Positions 1-9,148 of a stretch of DNA of 20,000 nucleotides are shown piece by piece. The stretch lies in the IMG/VR virus record IMGVR_UViG_3300014819_001231. One strand, 5' to 3'. The notes beneath the pieces were generated by a model, which did no database searches, was not told where the DNA came from, and worked only from the letters and a program-made list of their open reading frames with translations. The position numbers and the translations under genes were made by a program. The stretch comes from an uncultured virus (IMG/VR IMGVR_UViG_3300014819_001231) (Duplodnaviria > Heunggongvirae > Uroviricota > Caudoviricetes). The stretch's first letter is position 1. Every line of letters begins with the position of its first letter.

Positions 1-805
1 CATAATTTGAGAGTTGGTATCTTGTGTTTGGCAACTGCAAAGCAGCTAACAATGAATCAATTTGTTGGTGCGTGAGGGTGCCAATATTTAATAAAGAATT
101 GTGGTCAATAGACGGCAAACGGTTTGGGTCTAAAGTGCCAGTAGAAATTTTGCTTGCATCTATATAATCAATATTTTTAGAAGATAAGAATCCAGTTACA
201 TGCGCACCTAAATCAATAGGCGAAGGTTCATTTGAGCCACCTACATGCAAATGATTTTTTACCAAATCTGAAAGTGAAGCAAGTACAGAAATTACTTGTC
301 TCCCATGAGCGGAATCATTATATACGGTTAGAGTAAAAGTGCCAGCAGCAGCGTCAATCGTTAAATCTGCAGCGCCCAAACCAATATAATTCACTGGATC
401 AACAATTTGTGTCAATGATGAAATAAAATTAACAGTTTTGTCAACAGGAGTGGTATCAGTTTCTGTTGCATAAAAATAAAATCTATAGGTGCCCGTAGTT
501 GCGTTTATAGGAAGAGAAAGGGCCAACTGAACTGGAGCATCAGTTTCAGCGTAAGTATAATTAATGTGCCCTTTACCCGAAGAGATTTGAATAGTTTGTT
601 CATTTGGGACTACCGAAAGAGTCCATGAACTTAATTGAGCGCCCATATTATCGTAAACAGGGGCTATGCCATTACCAAATATATTATAGACATTATATAA
701 TTGATTTTCAATTGTAAGAAATCTATTTTTGTCTAAATCAAGATTACTTGCCGTGGATAAATTGGGAACAAAATATCCTAATTGGTAAATTGGAGTAACA
801 TTCAT
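1..805 (-). CDS. Tail fibre / virion structural protein, N-terminal part (>268 aa, runs off the left edge; absent from the ORF track)
   Basis: Manual translation from ATG at 805 (ATGA overlap with the upstream stop at 802-804) is open to position 1: MNVTPIYQLGYFVPNLSTASNLDLDKNRFLTIENQLY...KNHLHVGG...IDASKISTGTLDPNRLPSIDHNSLLNIGTLTHQQIDSLL. IDASKISTGTLDPNRLP (113-163) resembles the DASKITSGTLxxxRLP repeat of phage tail fibres, and an HxH motif is present. Confidence 0.8.
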   Translation of the reverse strand, partial: MNVTPIYQLGYFVPNLSTASNLDLDKNRFLTIENQLYNVYNIFGNGIAPVYDNMGAQLSSWTLSVVPNEQTIQISSGKGHINYTYAETDAPVQLALSLPINATTGTYRFYFYATETDTTPVDKTVNFISSLTQIVDPVNYIGLGAADLTIDAAAGTFTLTVYNDSAHGRQVISVLASLSDLVKNHLHVGGSNEPSPIDLGAHVTGFLSSKNIDYIDASKISTGTLDPNRLPSIDHNSLLNIGTLTHQQIDSLLAALQLPNTRYQLSNY

Positions 806-1050
806 AATTGTGGTTTGCTTACATTAACAATAAAACCTTGCCCCCAAATTGATTCTCCATACACAAAACCTGCTAATCCGGGAGGCTTAATATTGTTTGT
901 GTTTTGAGGTGCTTGTACAGTTTCAATTGCCACTTGTCCATATGGCGCGGCATTTATAAGTGGATTTTTTTGAGATGAATAATAAAGAATTGCATCTGAT
1001 AAACTATCGAACCTCATAACAGAAATATTCTTATTTTGAGCTAGTGACAC
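802..1050 (-). CDS. Small hypothetical protein, probably tail/baseplate associated (82 aa from GTG; start uncertain)
   Basis: Fills the gap between the hub-like and fibre-like genes, and its TGA overlaps the next ATG. C-terminal GFVYGESIWGQG is Gly/aromatic-rich. Confidence 0.6.
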   Translation of the reverse strand: MSLAQNKNISVMRFDSLSDAILYYSSQKNPLINAAPYGQVAIETVQAPQNTNNIKPPGLAGFVYGESIWGQGFIVNVSKPQL

Positions 1051-1053
1051 CTA

Positions 1054-4000
1054 TCATGATTGGTCAACAATTGGGTTTCTAGAACCTTTAATATCAGCAG
1101 TAATTAGATTTTCGAAAATTTTAAATTCATAGCGAATTTCTGAATAAAGATATCTTTCAGAAATAGGATTGTCATCCTCGACAGCAATTGTGAAATGGCC
1201 CCAATGCTTCAATGGTTTAGAGACATAAGCCTTCAAATTAATTGTTTCATATGGAGTGGCGCAAAAATATCGAAAAAGTGTACCAATTCTATCTTTAGCA
1301 GTGGCGTTTTTTGGAAGTAGTAACGAATTGACCTGCCCCGCATCACCTGGTTTAGATTCATCACTAAATAACGTGATTTTATCATATCCAATATATGGGC
1401 TACCTTGAATAGCATCCACTTTTGGTTTGTAAAATTCTAATGAAGTGATGTCTACTTTATCTATTGGAGTAGTAACTATCTCTTGCCTCTGTTGATAATC
1501 TTGATAGAAATAAATTCCTTCATAAAATAAATTTTGTGTGTTGCTACTGCTTTGAAAAGAATATCCTTCGCCTTCTGAACCAATCAAATATCCATGAAGT
1601 TTTGTAATTTCTAAAGTCAAGTCAGTATCAATATTCTTTTTTCTAAAATAGAAAAAGTCTCTATCTTTATTATTAATTCCATCAAATCTAGAACTAAATA
1701 CTATACCGTCAACTGGATCGCCTTGTCCTTGCTCGCCAGCATACCAATACATAATTGCAACATCACTTTTGCCTCCTGCATCGTTTTCTACTAAGGGTGA
1801 AACTAATGTTAATTGGCAAACTGTTTGCAGAATTTTAAAATATGACTCTTGTGTACTATATGGTATTACTCTTAGTTGCGCCAAATTAGGTATTAACATT
1901 GTATCCAAAATAGCCGGTAAAGAGGCTTTGTCTGAAAATTTAAAAAATGGTTCGAGTGTAGTGCCAAGGTCGTATTTAAAATGATTTTGTAACTCTGTGC
2001 GATCTACTAGACTATTAATTATATCTTGAAATCTCATTCCTGGAAAAGAAAAACCTGTTCTGCTAATTATCATTGATTTAGCTGTTTTAAATAAATATGA
2101 CAGAAGATCTTCCGTAGAAACAAGAATAGTGGTTTGATCTAAACTCTCCTCCACTACCACTTCTGTAATTACACCTTCTCCCCAGATATAAGTATCGTCA
2201 CCAAATCCAGCTTTAAGCCTTAAAACGGCAATGTTATTGCGAATCCATTGCAATAAAGAATAGCCTTCTGGAGTTCTATTTAAATTTATAAATTCAAATT
2301 TTAAATCTCCAGTTATAGATGCGCTATCTTTTTCAATATTTTTTGTGAGGCTTGCTTTAACTAATGATTGGGTTAGTACATCGCTTACTTTTTTTGAATC
2401 GTCGGTAAAAGATACGTCATATTGAACATAACTTTTGGTAATATCTGGATCTTTGTTGATTGGGCCATTATTAAATTTATTAAAAACATGACCACCAAGA
2501 TCAAAAGGCATAGTGATTTTAAATATCACCGAAACATTAGTTGAGTTTTGTGGTAATTTATCAATAGCTGTAGGGAAAGAAGGATTTACTGATCTTGCAT
2601 CTAAATAAGCTGATGCATTGATATATTTTGATTTATCTGTATCTTCAAAAGTATAAAGCGCATTATTCAATATAAATTCAGGTATTGACATTGCGGAGTT
2701 GGAAATCTCATCCAGGCTAACACTCGGCACCACTTGATTATTCAAAAAATAATTTCTTTGATTAATTGGTTCTTGTGCTGTAAGCTCTGGAACATTGTTT
2801 TTGTCTACTGGCATGAATAATGGCGGGCCATATTTGAAGACAAAATTGCACATTTTTGCAATAATCTGTATTTTTGATCCGCCATCTAGGTGATGTTTAA
2901 ACTCATCCCCGTTTTTTATATTTGCATATTGTAGTTTAGGTTTTCCAATTTGTTGCCATTCATGTGGATTTGAGTTATTCCCCACATACATATATTGGCT
3001 TGAATAAAAAACATAAATCTCAAACTGTGCGGATGTTTTTTCATTAGATTGTGTACCCACATTGATTCTAGGCATTTTGTCCAAAATAATACTATTGGAT
3101 AGAGGATTTACTGTATTAGACACCACTTGGGTATCAGATTTATTAAAAAAAACTCTAGCTGGATCAGTGGAATTAAAATACAAAGTATATAAGCCTACCG
3201 TTTTTGATTGCGCATATTTATTTCTAGCGCTTTCACTGGACATGAAATTAAAATCGCCCCATTGAATCCATATTTCAGGTTGTTTACCAAAAACTTCCCC
3301 TTCTACGTTATAAAAAGTATTCTGCGAGGCAATTGTAACAATATTTTCAATTTTAATAGTAAAGCCCACTGGAGTAGTGCCATTATATAAATTTATGTAT
3401 TGAGTAGAAAGCTCATGTGCGCCTTGGCTATTATTTAAATAATAATATTTTGAACCAGATTGATGTGCAATATCTTTCCAAATTGGATATTTTCTATTTA
3501 AAACTACTATTGAATTTGAAGCTACTACGACAATTGATGATGTTTCAGAATCATTGTTGACATAAGCATATGGTTGCGCATTGGAAGCGGTGGTAGAATT
3601 TTTAATATCATATCCCCAATATTTTTTAATATTGAAGTTTGACCCCGCTATATTAGAAACTGTCCAAAAATTATAACTAGTAAGAGTATTTAATTGACCA
3701 CTATTTTTAAGATTTTTTACCTCAGGTTCTGTAAAAGATGTTGCTGGAATATTTACGGGGCCTAAATATTGTGGATTCTGCGGAATGTCAGTGCCTGATC
3801 CCTGACTAAATGGATAAGGCACGGGTTGATTTAGATTAAAAGACAAAGCCGTATTGTAACTTAAATTGTTTAAATCGCTAGGAGATTTAATAAAATCATA
3901 GTAAGGATGCGTTTCGTCCGGTCCCATACAAACATCCAGAAAAGTACAATATGGTGCCCCTTTGATTTCAATATGTCTTGGCATAACTCCATGCCCGCAA

Positions 4001-4251
4001 CTAACTAGTGATTCAGAAATAATCTGTCTCACGTCAGGATTAACAAAAGATTTCCCTTGTTCGCCACCTGGGTTTTGATGGTAAACGTTATCAATTACCG
4101 ATTGTGATACCCTTCCTTCTAAAGCGGCATTTCTCGGAGGAATGTAAAGTCTTCCAACATCAATTTGTATGTGCAGATCTTGTGTATAAGTGGTTCCTAA
4201 AACAGGAAGAGTTTTTGTTATACTATATGTAGGCTCTGTTCCGATGGACAT
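1054..4251 (-). CDS. Large virion protein with C-terminal baseplate hub / tail-tip-like (gp27/gpD/Tal-type) region, 1065 aa
   Basis: Long uninterrupted ORF. The C-terminal ~420 aa show a hub-like pattern: GDLKFEFIN...LRLKAGF...WGEGVITEVVVEES...TTILVSTEDLLSYL...FPGMRFQDIINSLV, ending with YLYSEIRYEF...ITADIKG. Lies just upstream of the fibre-like gene. The CDS is certain; the function is inferred. Confidence 0.6.
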   Translation of the reverse strand: MSIGTEPTYSITKTLPVLGTTYTQDLHIQIDVGRLYIPPRNAALEGRVSQSVIDNVYHQNPGGEQGKSFVNPDVRQIISESLVSCGHGVMPRHIEIKGAPYCTFLDVCMGPDETHPYYDFIKSPSDLNNLSYNTALSFNLNQPVPYPFSQGSGTDIPQNPQYLGPVNIPATSFTEPEVKNLKNSGQLNTLTSYNFWTVSNIAGSNFNIKKYWGYDIKNSTTASNAQPYAYVNNDSETSSIVVVASNSIVVLNRKYPIWKDIAHQSGSKYYYLNNSQGAHELSTQYINLYNGTTPVGFTIKIENIVTIASQNTFYNVEGEVFGKQPEIWIQWGDFNFMSSESARNKYAQSKTVGLYTLYFNSTDPARVFFNKSDTQVVSNTVNPLSNSIILDKMPRINVGTQSNEKTSAQFEIYVFYSSQYMYVGNNSNPHEWQQIGKPKLQYANIKNGDEFKHHLDGGSKIQIIAKMCNFVFKYGPPLFMPVDKNNVPELTAQEPINQRNYFLNNQVVPSVSLDEISNSAMSIPEFILNNALYTFEDTDKSKYINASAYLDARSVNPSFPTAIDKLPQNSTNVSVIFKITMPFDLGGHVFNKFNNGPINKDPDITKSYVQYDVSFTDDSKKVSDVLTQSLVKASLTKNIEKDSASITGDLKFEFINLNRTPEGYSLLQWIRNNIAVLRLKAGFGDDTYIWGEGVITEVVVEESLDQTTILVSTEDLLSYLFKTAKSMIISRTGFSFPGMRFQDIINSLVDRTELQNHFKYDLGTTLEPFFKFSDKASLPAILDTMLIPNLAQLRVIPYSTQESYFKILQTVCQLTLVSPLVENDAGGKSDVAIMYWYAGEQGQGDPVDGIVFSSRFDGINNKDRDFFYFRKKNIDTDLTLEITKLHGYLIGSEGEGYSFQSSSNTQNLFYEGIYFYQDYQQRQEIVTTPIDKVDITSLEFYKPKVDAIQGSPYIGYDKITLFSDESKPGDAGQVNSLLLPKNATAKDRIGTLFRYFCATPYETINLKAYVSKPLKHWGHFTIAVEDDNPISERYLYSEIRYEFKIFENLITADIKGSRNPIVDQS

Positions 4252-4292
4252 TTATTATATTTAAATTTACAAAAAACACCAGCATAATCCTA
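4252..4292 (-). promoter_or_regulatory. Candidate phage promoter (AGG-N19-TAAAT) upstream of the hub-like gene
   Basis: Minus strand reads TAGG ATTATGCTGGTGTTTTTTG TAAAT TTAAATATAATAA ATG. Same spacing as the sites at 11493(-) and 12593(+). Confidence 0.4.
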
Positions 4293-7200
4293 AACCAAAC
4301 CTATAGATCTAAATGTTGCTTTCAAAGAAAAATATTTATCACATAAAATTTCATAAATATAATTTGAATCTATGAATTGTATACCAACATAAACCCCATC
4401 ATAATCCACAAATCCCACCTTTTGCTGACCAGATAGATCTTTTTGATAGAATGACGAAGTAGATGAATCATTAAATTTAAGGACTTTAACTTTTGACGCG
4501 AGAATTATTTCATTTAATTGGTTAACAAATACACTGTTCCCCGATGGCGCAAGAGAGCCATATACAAGAACCGGAGCGCCACAAGTTATTAAATAACTTG
4601 TGTAAAGTACATTAATAACAAAAATTTTACCCAAGCAACCGAATGCTATGGAAAAATCTGCTCGATCTGGATGCGCATCATCTTTACACACTGATATATT
4701 ATCTATATTTTGAGAATCAATTCCAAGATCGCTGAAATCAAATAATTTATATGGCGGATAATTAATATTACTTAAATCGCGAACATAAATTGTTGTATTT
4801 GTTTTGTACTGTGTGCTTGTTGAAAAAGTATAAAACAATAACACATCTGAATTATATACTTTTATTCCAGGAAAATAGGCATTCACGGTCCCATACAGAG
4901 TGTATGTTGAACTTAAATTCAAGTTTGATAATTCAGGATCATCACTTTGACCCTCCACCAGCCTTAAAGATGAACCGCTGTTAGTATACAATGAATTAGT
5001 CCCATAAATTAAATTTCCATGAGGGGTGGCACCAGCCAAATATAAAACATTATCCTTGTAATCTACGCTAACATAATTTGCAACAGAAAGATAAGGAAAA
5101 ATATCATTAGAATTGTCATCTGGGTAATAAGACCCCTGCGGAGATATTTGCACCACAAAATAATTGGGTAAATCCGCCTCATAGTGAAGTGTATTGGTTG
5201 TTGCATATTTACTAGATTGCCCAACTATATGCATAGTGGTGGATTTTGCTAAAGCTGGATATTCTAATGCCAGGTTGCTAAATGTTCCAGAAGAATTAGG
5301 CGTAAATATTAGCTGATTATTATTAGTGTATCTTCTATATGATTCAGTGGAATATTGTCTAATATTTAATGTAGACAATGTGGTAGCGCTGTTAACCACT
5401 GTTTGCACTGTATTTGTCATGCCATTTTTTTTTGAATCTAATGAGCTTATTTGTGGTTTTGTTCCAGTTCTGAAATAAATATCATAAGGCTTAACACCAG
5501 ACACAATTTTGAATGAACTGCCATTAACTATGTCAGTTTTATAATTCACTTCCATATCTTTGGGCAAAGACACAGACCAGGTGGGGCTATAAATTGCGCC
5601 ATTTATTGAAATTCCAACTTTTGGATCAAAGACGACAAAACTACTACTCGGAATATCAAGATATAAAGCATAATCATAACAACTACCCACATACCCAGAC
5701 GGTGCAAGGGGCAAATCTTCATAAAAACCAAGTGGAGGTCCTGCGGGCAGTACAGAATTTTGATAACTAAAAAAATTAATTGTTGTTGACTCGACAGTAA
5801 TATTTGAAAAATTTAATTCAAATTCTGGTGAATAATTTTCAACAAATACCCTTAACAACAAATTTGTCATTAACGGCGGAAGCGTAAATGGGATTTGTAT
5901 TTTATAAGAAAGATTAAAAATTGATTTATTGAATGATTCATATGGTGTGCTAAATATTTTTAATAGAAATTTTCCAGAAATCGTATCGATTAAATCCACT
6001 TCTAATTTAATTTTTGCTTTTCTCAAAACATCTGTTTTTGCATTTAAGTTTATATTCCAAGTGCCTTCAGCTATTTCTGCGTTTGATAAGTTATTGTTTA
6101 TAAAAATAAAATCTATCTCAGTTATTACAGGATTTAAATTTGTACCACCGGTAATTTTTGAAAATATGCTTATAGATTCTGGTGGCTGTTGGAAATTTAA
6201 AGTCAATAATGAACTCAAACTACTGATATCAGTGAAAATTGCATTGTAGGCACGACCGTCATCATGTAATTCACTTGTAAATGTTGTATTAGTAAGATAA
6301 TATTTGTTCGTATCAGCAGTATATTTTCCCGTCCATCCAAAATCTTTTTGAGCTTGTAAAAATCCACCTTTAGAAAAAGACTTTGGGTAATATATTGGCA
6401 TATAAATAATAAAATCAGAATTCAAAACAAAAGTTATCTGAGGCAAATCAAAAGAAGATAAGTTATCAAAATTTATATTTTTTGAAATTTCATTTAAAGT
6501 AGTGATTGCATAAATTCCTACATAGAGATCAAATGGCTGAGGAGCAATTTTAAAATTATAATTAGATTCATTAATCATTAAATCGGCATAAATTGTTTGC
6601 AAAGTAGATTCTATGTTTCCAGAAACCAAAACATTATCAAAAGTCCATGATTGGTCATAATTTGTCACTCTTATTGCCGATGGCACATTCCCTGATTGTG
6701 GAATAAATTTCAAATGGTGAGATTTTGCAAAACCACTTATGATAGAATCATTTGGGTCATAGGTAGAATAATTTTGACCTTTATTTAGAGCAAAAATTCT
6801 ATACACAAGTTTTATATCAAAAGCACCAGAAGTATCTAATTTAAGCGCATTAATTGCCGCGGTTAGAAATCCTGGCTGTAAAATATTATTACCAGTATAG
6901 TCATAAGATGATATTAGTTTAAAAGTTAGTAATGGAGTTTGAGAAAATACTTCTTCAAGTTTAGGACTATTATAGAAAATTTTTGGAATGTAGGTGATTG
7001 TTTCAGATGGATACTTGTCGGAATTGTTATCATAAGCCCCTAAGCAACTCACCCCTCTCGCTGGGGCACCATAATAAGTCTCTGACTGAATAGATCCGCC
7101 ATTTTTGTCAAAATATTGAGCACCATTTGTATCAAAATATGTATTTACAAAAGTTTGTTTTGTGTAGTCTAATAAATCGCTTTGAAATTCATACAAAGGA

Positions 7201-8495
7201 TTATCAGATTTGCTGATAATTGTTGAAAGAGGTAAAACAGGAAAGGGGCCAGCGGTATTTTCTTCATTTGCAGTGGCTTTTACGACATATGCTCCAGATT
7301 GTTGTTTTGTTTTGGGTTGCAAAGTGTTTACAGTAATGTTTTTGTTTTGGATAACATTTGTGGTGCCACGAAAAACAAATTGTTGATAAAAGGGTCTTGG
7401 GCCAATAATTACACCCAGGTCTGTAGATGGAGTGAAGGGAAAAGAAATTATTAAAAGATGAAGATTCAAAGAATGCGCAAACCCAGGTGAATTCGTTACA
7501 TAATCTGGATTGAATACTTTAACATGAGTATTACAACCCACCACTCTATCAAATGCAGGCCAGGTATATCTTCCGCTACTATCTGTACCGCCAGAAAAAT
7601 TAACCTGACCTGTGCTAACATCAATTACGCTAACATATGAAGAAGTGGGCACAAATTGACCTGATATAAGCAAAGAATATCCAAGCGCACTGCATGGTAG
7701 TTGAGCACTTGTGTTGCCCACGCCTTCTGAAAATCTAAAATTAACACGATCTGCCGTGAAAAACATTATTTTTTTAATAACAATTGTTAGAGAAGATCCA
7801 GGGTAATTATTTTTTATAAAAACACTTTTTACTTTAGGATAGGATGATCTATTAAGTTGATCATTTGCTGTCTTAAATTTTAATGTAGAAAATTGAGATC
7901 CATCACTTATCCCTGTAAATGACACGGCATTTTTTTCTTCAAGATTTACTCTAAGTCTTGTAGGATTTAAACTACCAATTTTGATTTGATCTCCAGTGTA
8001 AGAAACTATATAAACATCACATCCCGCAGTGATCGAAAGTTTTTCATTTGTCACTGGTGAATCCCCAGAATAGAATGACATATCATATGTAATTTGAATG
8101 CAAGACAAAGGATTGTTAGCGTCATATTGGGGTAAAGTATAATTTACTAAAATTGCGTCTTCTTTTGATATACTTGTAGCCACATAATTTGTATTGTTAC
8201 CCAAAACAATTGGAGTGCCATATGCACTATCATTAAATGTATCTAAGGGTCTTGTGGCATTATAAATTGGCGCGTTGGGGTCACCTCTGAACTTTTTTGT
8301 AACGGTTACAGTTACATCAGGCTTCCCTTGCAACGGCACTATATAATTTCTAAATCTGCCACGATCAATTACGAGCGTTCTAAACCCCAATAAAGGATTT
8401 ACACCACCAATATTTGGTGGTGTTTGTGGCACCCAATAAAACCCACCACCACAGGGTTGAGAAGTGGGGTTTTCGTATGCAGCTGGAATTCTCAT
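4290..8495 (-). CDS. Very large beta-rich putative virion structural protein (tail/baseplate), 1401 aa
   Basis: Long ORF rich in S/T/N/Y/F/I with beta-strand-like patterns. ATGA overlap with the upstream gene at 8492-8495. No catalytic motif recognised. Confidence 0.65.
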   Translation of the reverse strand: MRIPAAYENPTSQPCGGGFYWVPQTPPNIGGVNPLLGFRTLVIDRGRFRNYIVPLQGKPDVTVTVTKKFRGDPNAPIYNATRPLDTFNDSAYGTPIVLGNNTNYVATSISKEDAILVNYTLPQYDANNPLSCIQITYDMSFYSGDSPVTNEKLSITAGCDVYIVSYTGDQIKIGSLNPTRLRVNLEEKNAVSFTGISDGSQFSTLKFKTANDQLNRSSYPKVKSVFIKNNYPGSSLTIVIKKIMFFTADRVNFRFSEGVGNTSAQLPCSALGYSLLISGQFVPTSSYVSVIDVSTGQVNFSGGTDSSGRYTWPAFDRVVGCNTHVKVFNPDYVTNSPGFAHSLNLHLLIISFPFTPSTDLGVIIGPRPFYQQFVFRGTTNVIQNKNITVNTLQPKTKQQSGAYVVKATANEENTAGPFPVLPLSTIISKSDNPLYEFQSDLLDYTKQTFVNTYFDTNGAQYFDKNGGSIQSETYYGAPARGVSCLGAYDNNSDKYPSETITYIPKIFYNSPKLEEVFSQTPLLTFKLISSYDYTGNNILQPGFLTAAINALKLDTSGAFDIKLVYRIFALNKGQNYSTYDPNDSIISGFAKSHHLKFIPQSGNVPSAIRVTNYDQSWTFDNVLVSGNIESTLQTIYADLMINESNYNFKIAPQPFDLYVGIYAITTLNEISKNINFDNLSSFDLPQITFVLNSDFIIYMPIYYPKSFSKGGFLQAQKDFGWTGKYTADTNKYYLTNTTFTSELHDDGRAYNAIFTDISSLSSLLTLNFQQPPESISIFSKITGGTNLNPVITEIDFIFINNNLSNAEIAEGTWNINLNAKTDVLRKAKIKLEVDLIDTISGKFLLKIFSTPYESFNKSIFNLSYKIQIPFTLPPLMTNLLLRVFVENYSPEFELNFSNITVESTTINFFSYQNSVLPAGPPLGFYEDLPLAPSGYVGSCYDYALYLDIPSSSFVVFDPKVGISINGAIYSPTWSVSLPKDMEVNYKTDIVNGSSFKIVSGVKPYDIYFRTGTKPQISSLDSKKNGMTNTVQTVVNSATTLSTLNIRQYSTESYRRYTNNNQLIFTPNSSGTFSNLALEYPALAKSTTMHIVGQSSKYATTNTLHYEADLPNYFVVQISPQGSYYPDDNSNDIFPYLSVANYVSVDYKDNVLYLAGATPHGNLIYGTNSLYTNSGSSLRLVEGQSDDPELSNLNLSSTYTLYGTVNAYFPGIKVYNSDVLLFYTFSTSTQYKTNTTIYVRDLSNINYPPYKLFDFSDLGIDSQNIDNISVCKDDAHPDRADFSIAFGCLGKIFVINVLYTSYLITCGAPVLVYGSLAPSGNSVFVNQLNEIILASKVKVLKFNDSSTSSFYQKDLSGQQKVGFVDYDGVYVGIQFIDSNYIYEILCDKYFSLKATFRSIGLV

Positions 8496-9148
8496 GAGTT
8501 AAGGAAATCTTCTATAAATTTTTTCTGCTCGTTTATTTTATTTTTTAATATTTCTGTGTTTTCTCTATTTTCTTCCTTTATATTCTGTTGAATAAGCTTT
8601 AAATCATTTTTTGTTACTGGATCTTTCACTTCTTCATTTATAGATAGTCTTTTTTCTAATTCAATAATAGTTTGTATATCTATATTCTTTGATTGAAGAT
8701 TTTTTTGCTCGATTATATTTTGAATGTTTGTGTTTTCAAAATTAAATTTTAAATTAGATTCCACATTGTTTATGTTTGTATTTTCTGAGTTTTCAATGTT
8801 TTGAATAACTTTTTCAGTATTTTCAATTATATTATCGTTGATGTTTTTATGAATTTCATTTTTAGGCAATGAATTAATTATTTTTTCAAATTTTTTATCA
8901 ATCAAATTTTCTATATCTATTGTTTCTGGTTTTGTATTGTTTGTTTTAGATTGTGTTTTATTAGAGATGAAAAGACGAGAATAAGCTCTATAATAAGGAA
9001 AGCAATTTTCATGATCTGGAAACTCTTGGTTTAATGTATCACCGGTTGTTCTCAGATTTTTTTGGAAAGATTTGCCACGAATTTTCCAATCAATAAAGAT
9101 AATATAATCTGCAAAATTTATCTCTTCAAAATGCAAAAAAGCTTCCAT
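8492..9148 (-). CDS. Hypothetical protein with N/I/E/K low-complexity, coiled-coil-like C-terminal two thirds, 218 aa
   Basis: Coupled on both sides (TAATG at 9146-9150 and ATGA at 8492-8495, read on the minus strand). Ordered ~65-aa N-terminus followed by ENTNIQNI-like degenerate repeats. Confidence 0.75.
   Translation of the reverse strand: MEAFLHFEEINFADYIIFIDWKIRGKSFQKNLRTTGDTLNQEFPDHENCFPYYRAYSRLFISNKTQSKTNNTKPETIDIENLIDKKFEKIINSLPKNEIHKNINDNIIENTEKVIQNIENSENTNINNVESNLKFNFENTNIQNIIEQKNLQSKNIDIQTIIELEKRLSINEEVKDPVTKNDLKLIQQNIKEENRENTEILKNKINEQKKFIEDFLNS

Noticed and set aside
1048..1056. Read-through fusion of the 1065-aa ORF with the in-frame 82-aa ORF
   Set aside because: Two consecutive stops (TGA TAG) separate them; re-initiation at the GTG is simpler.
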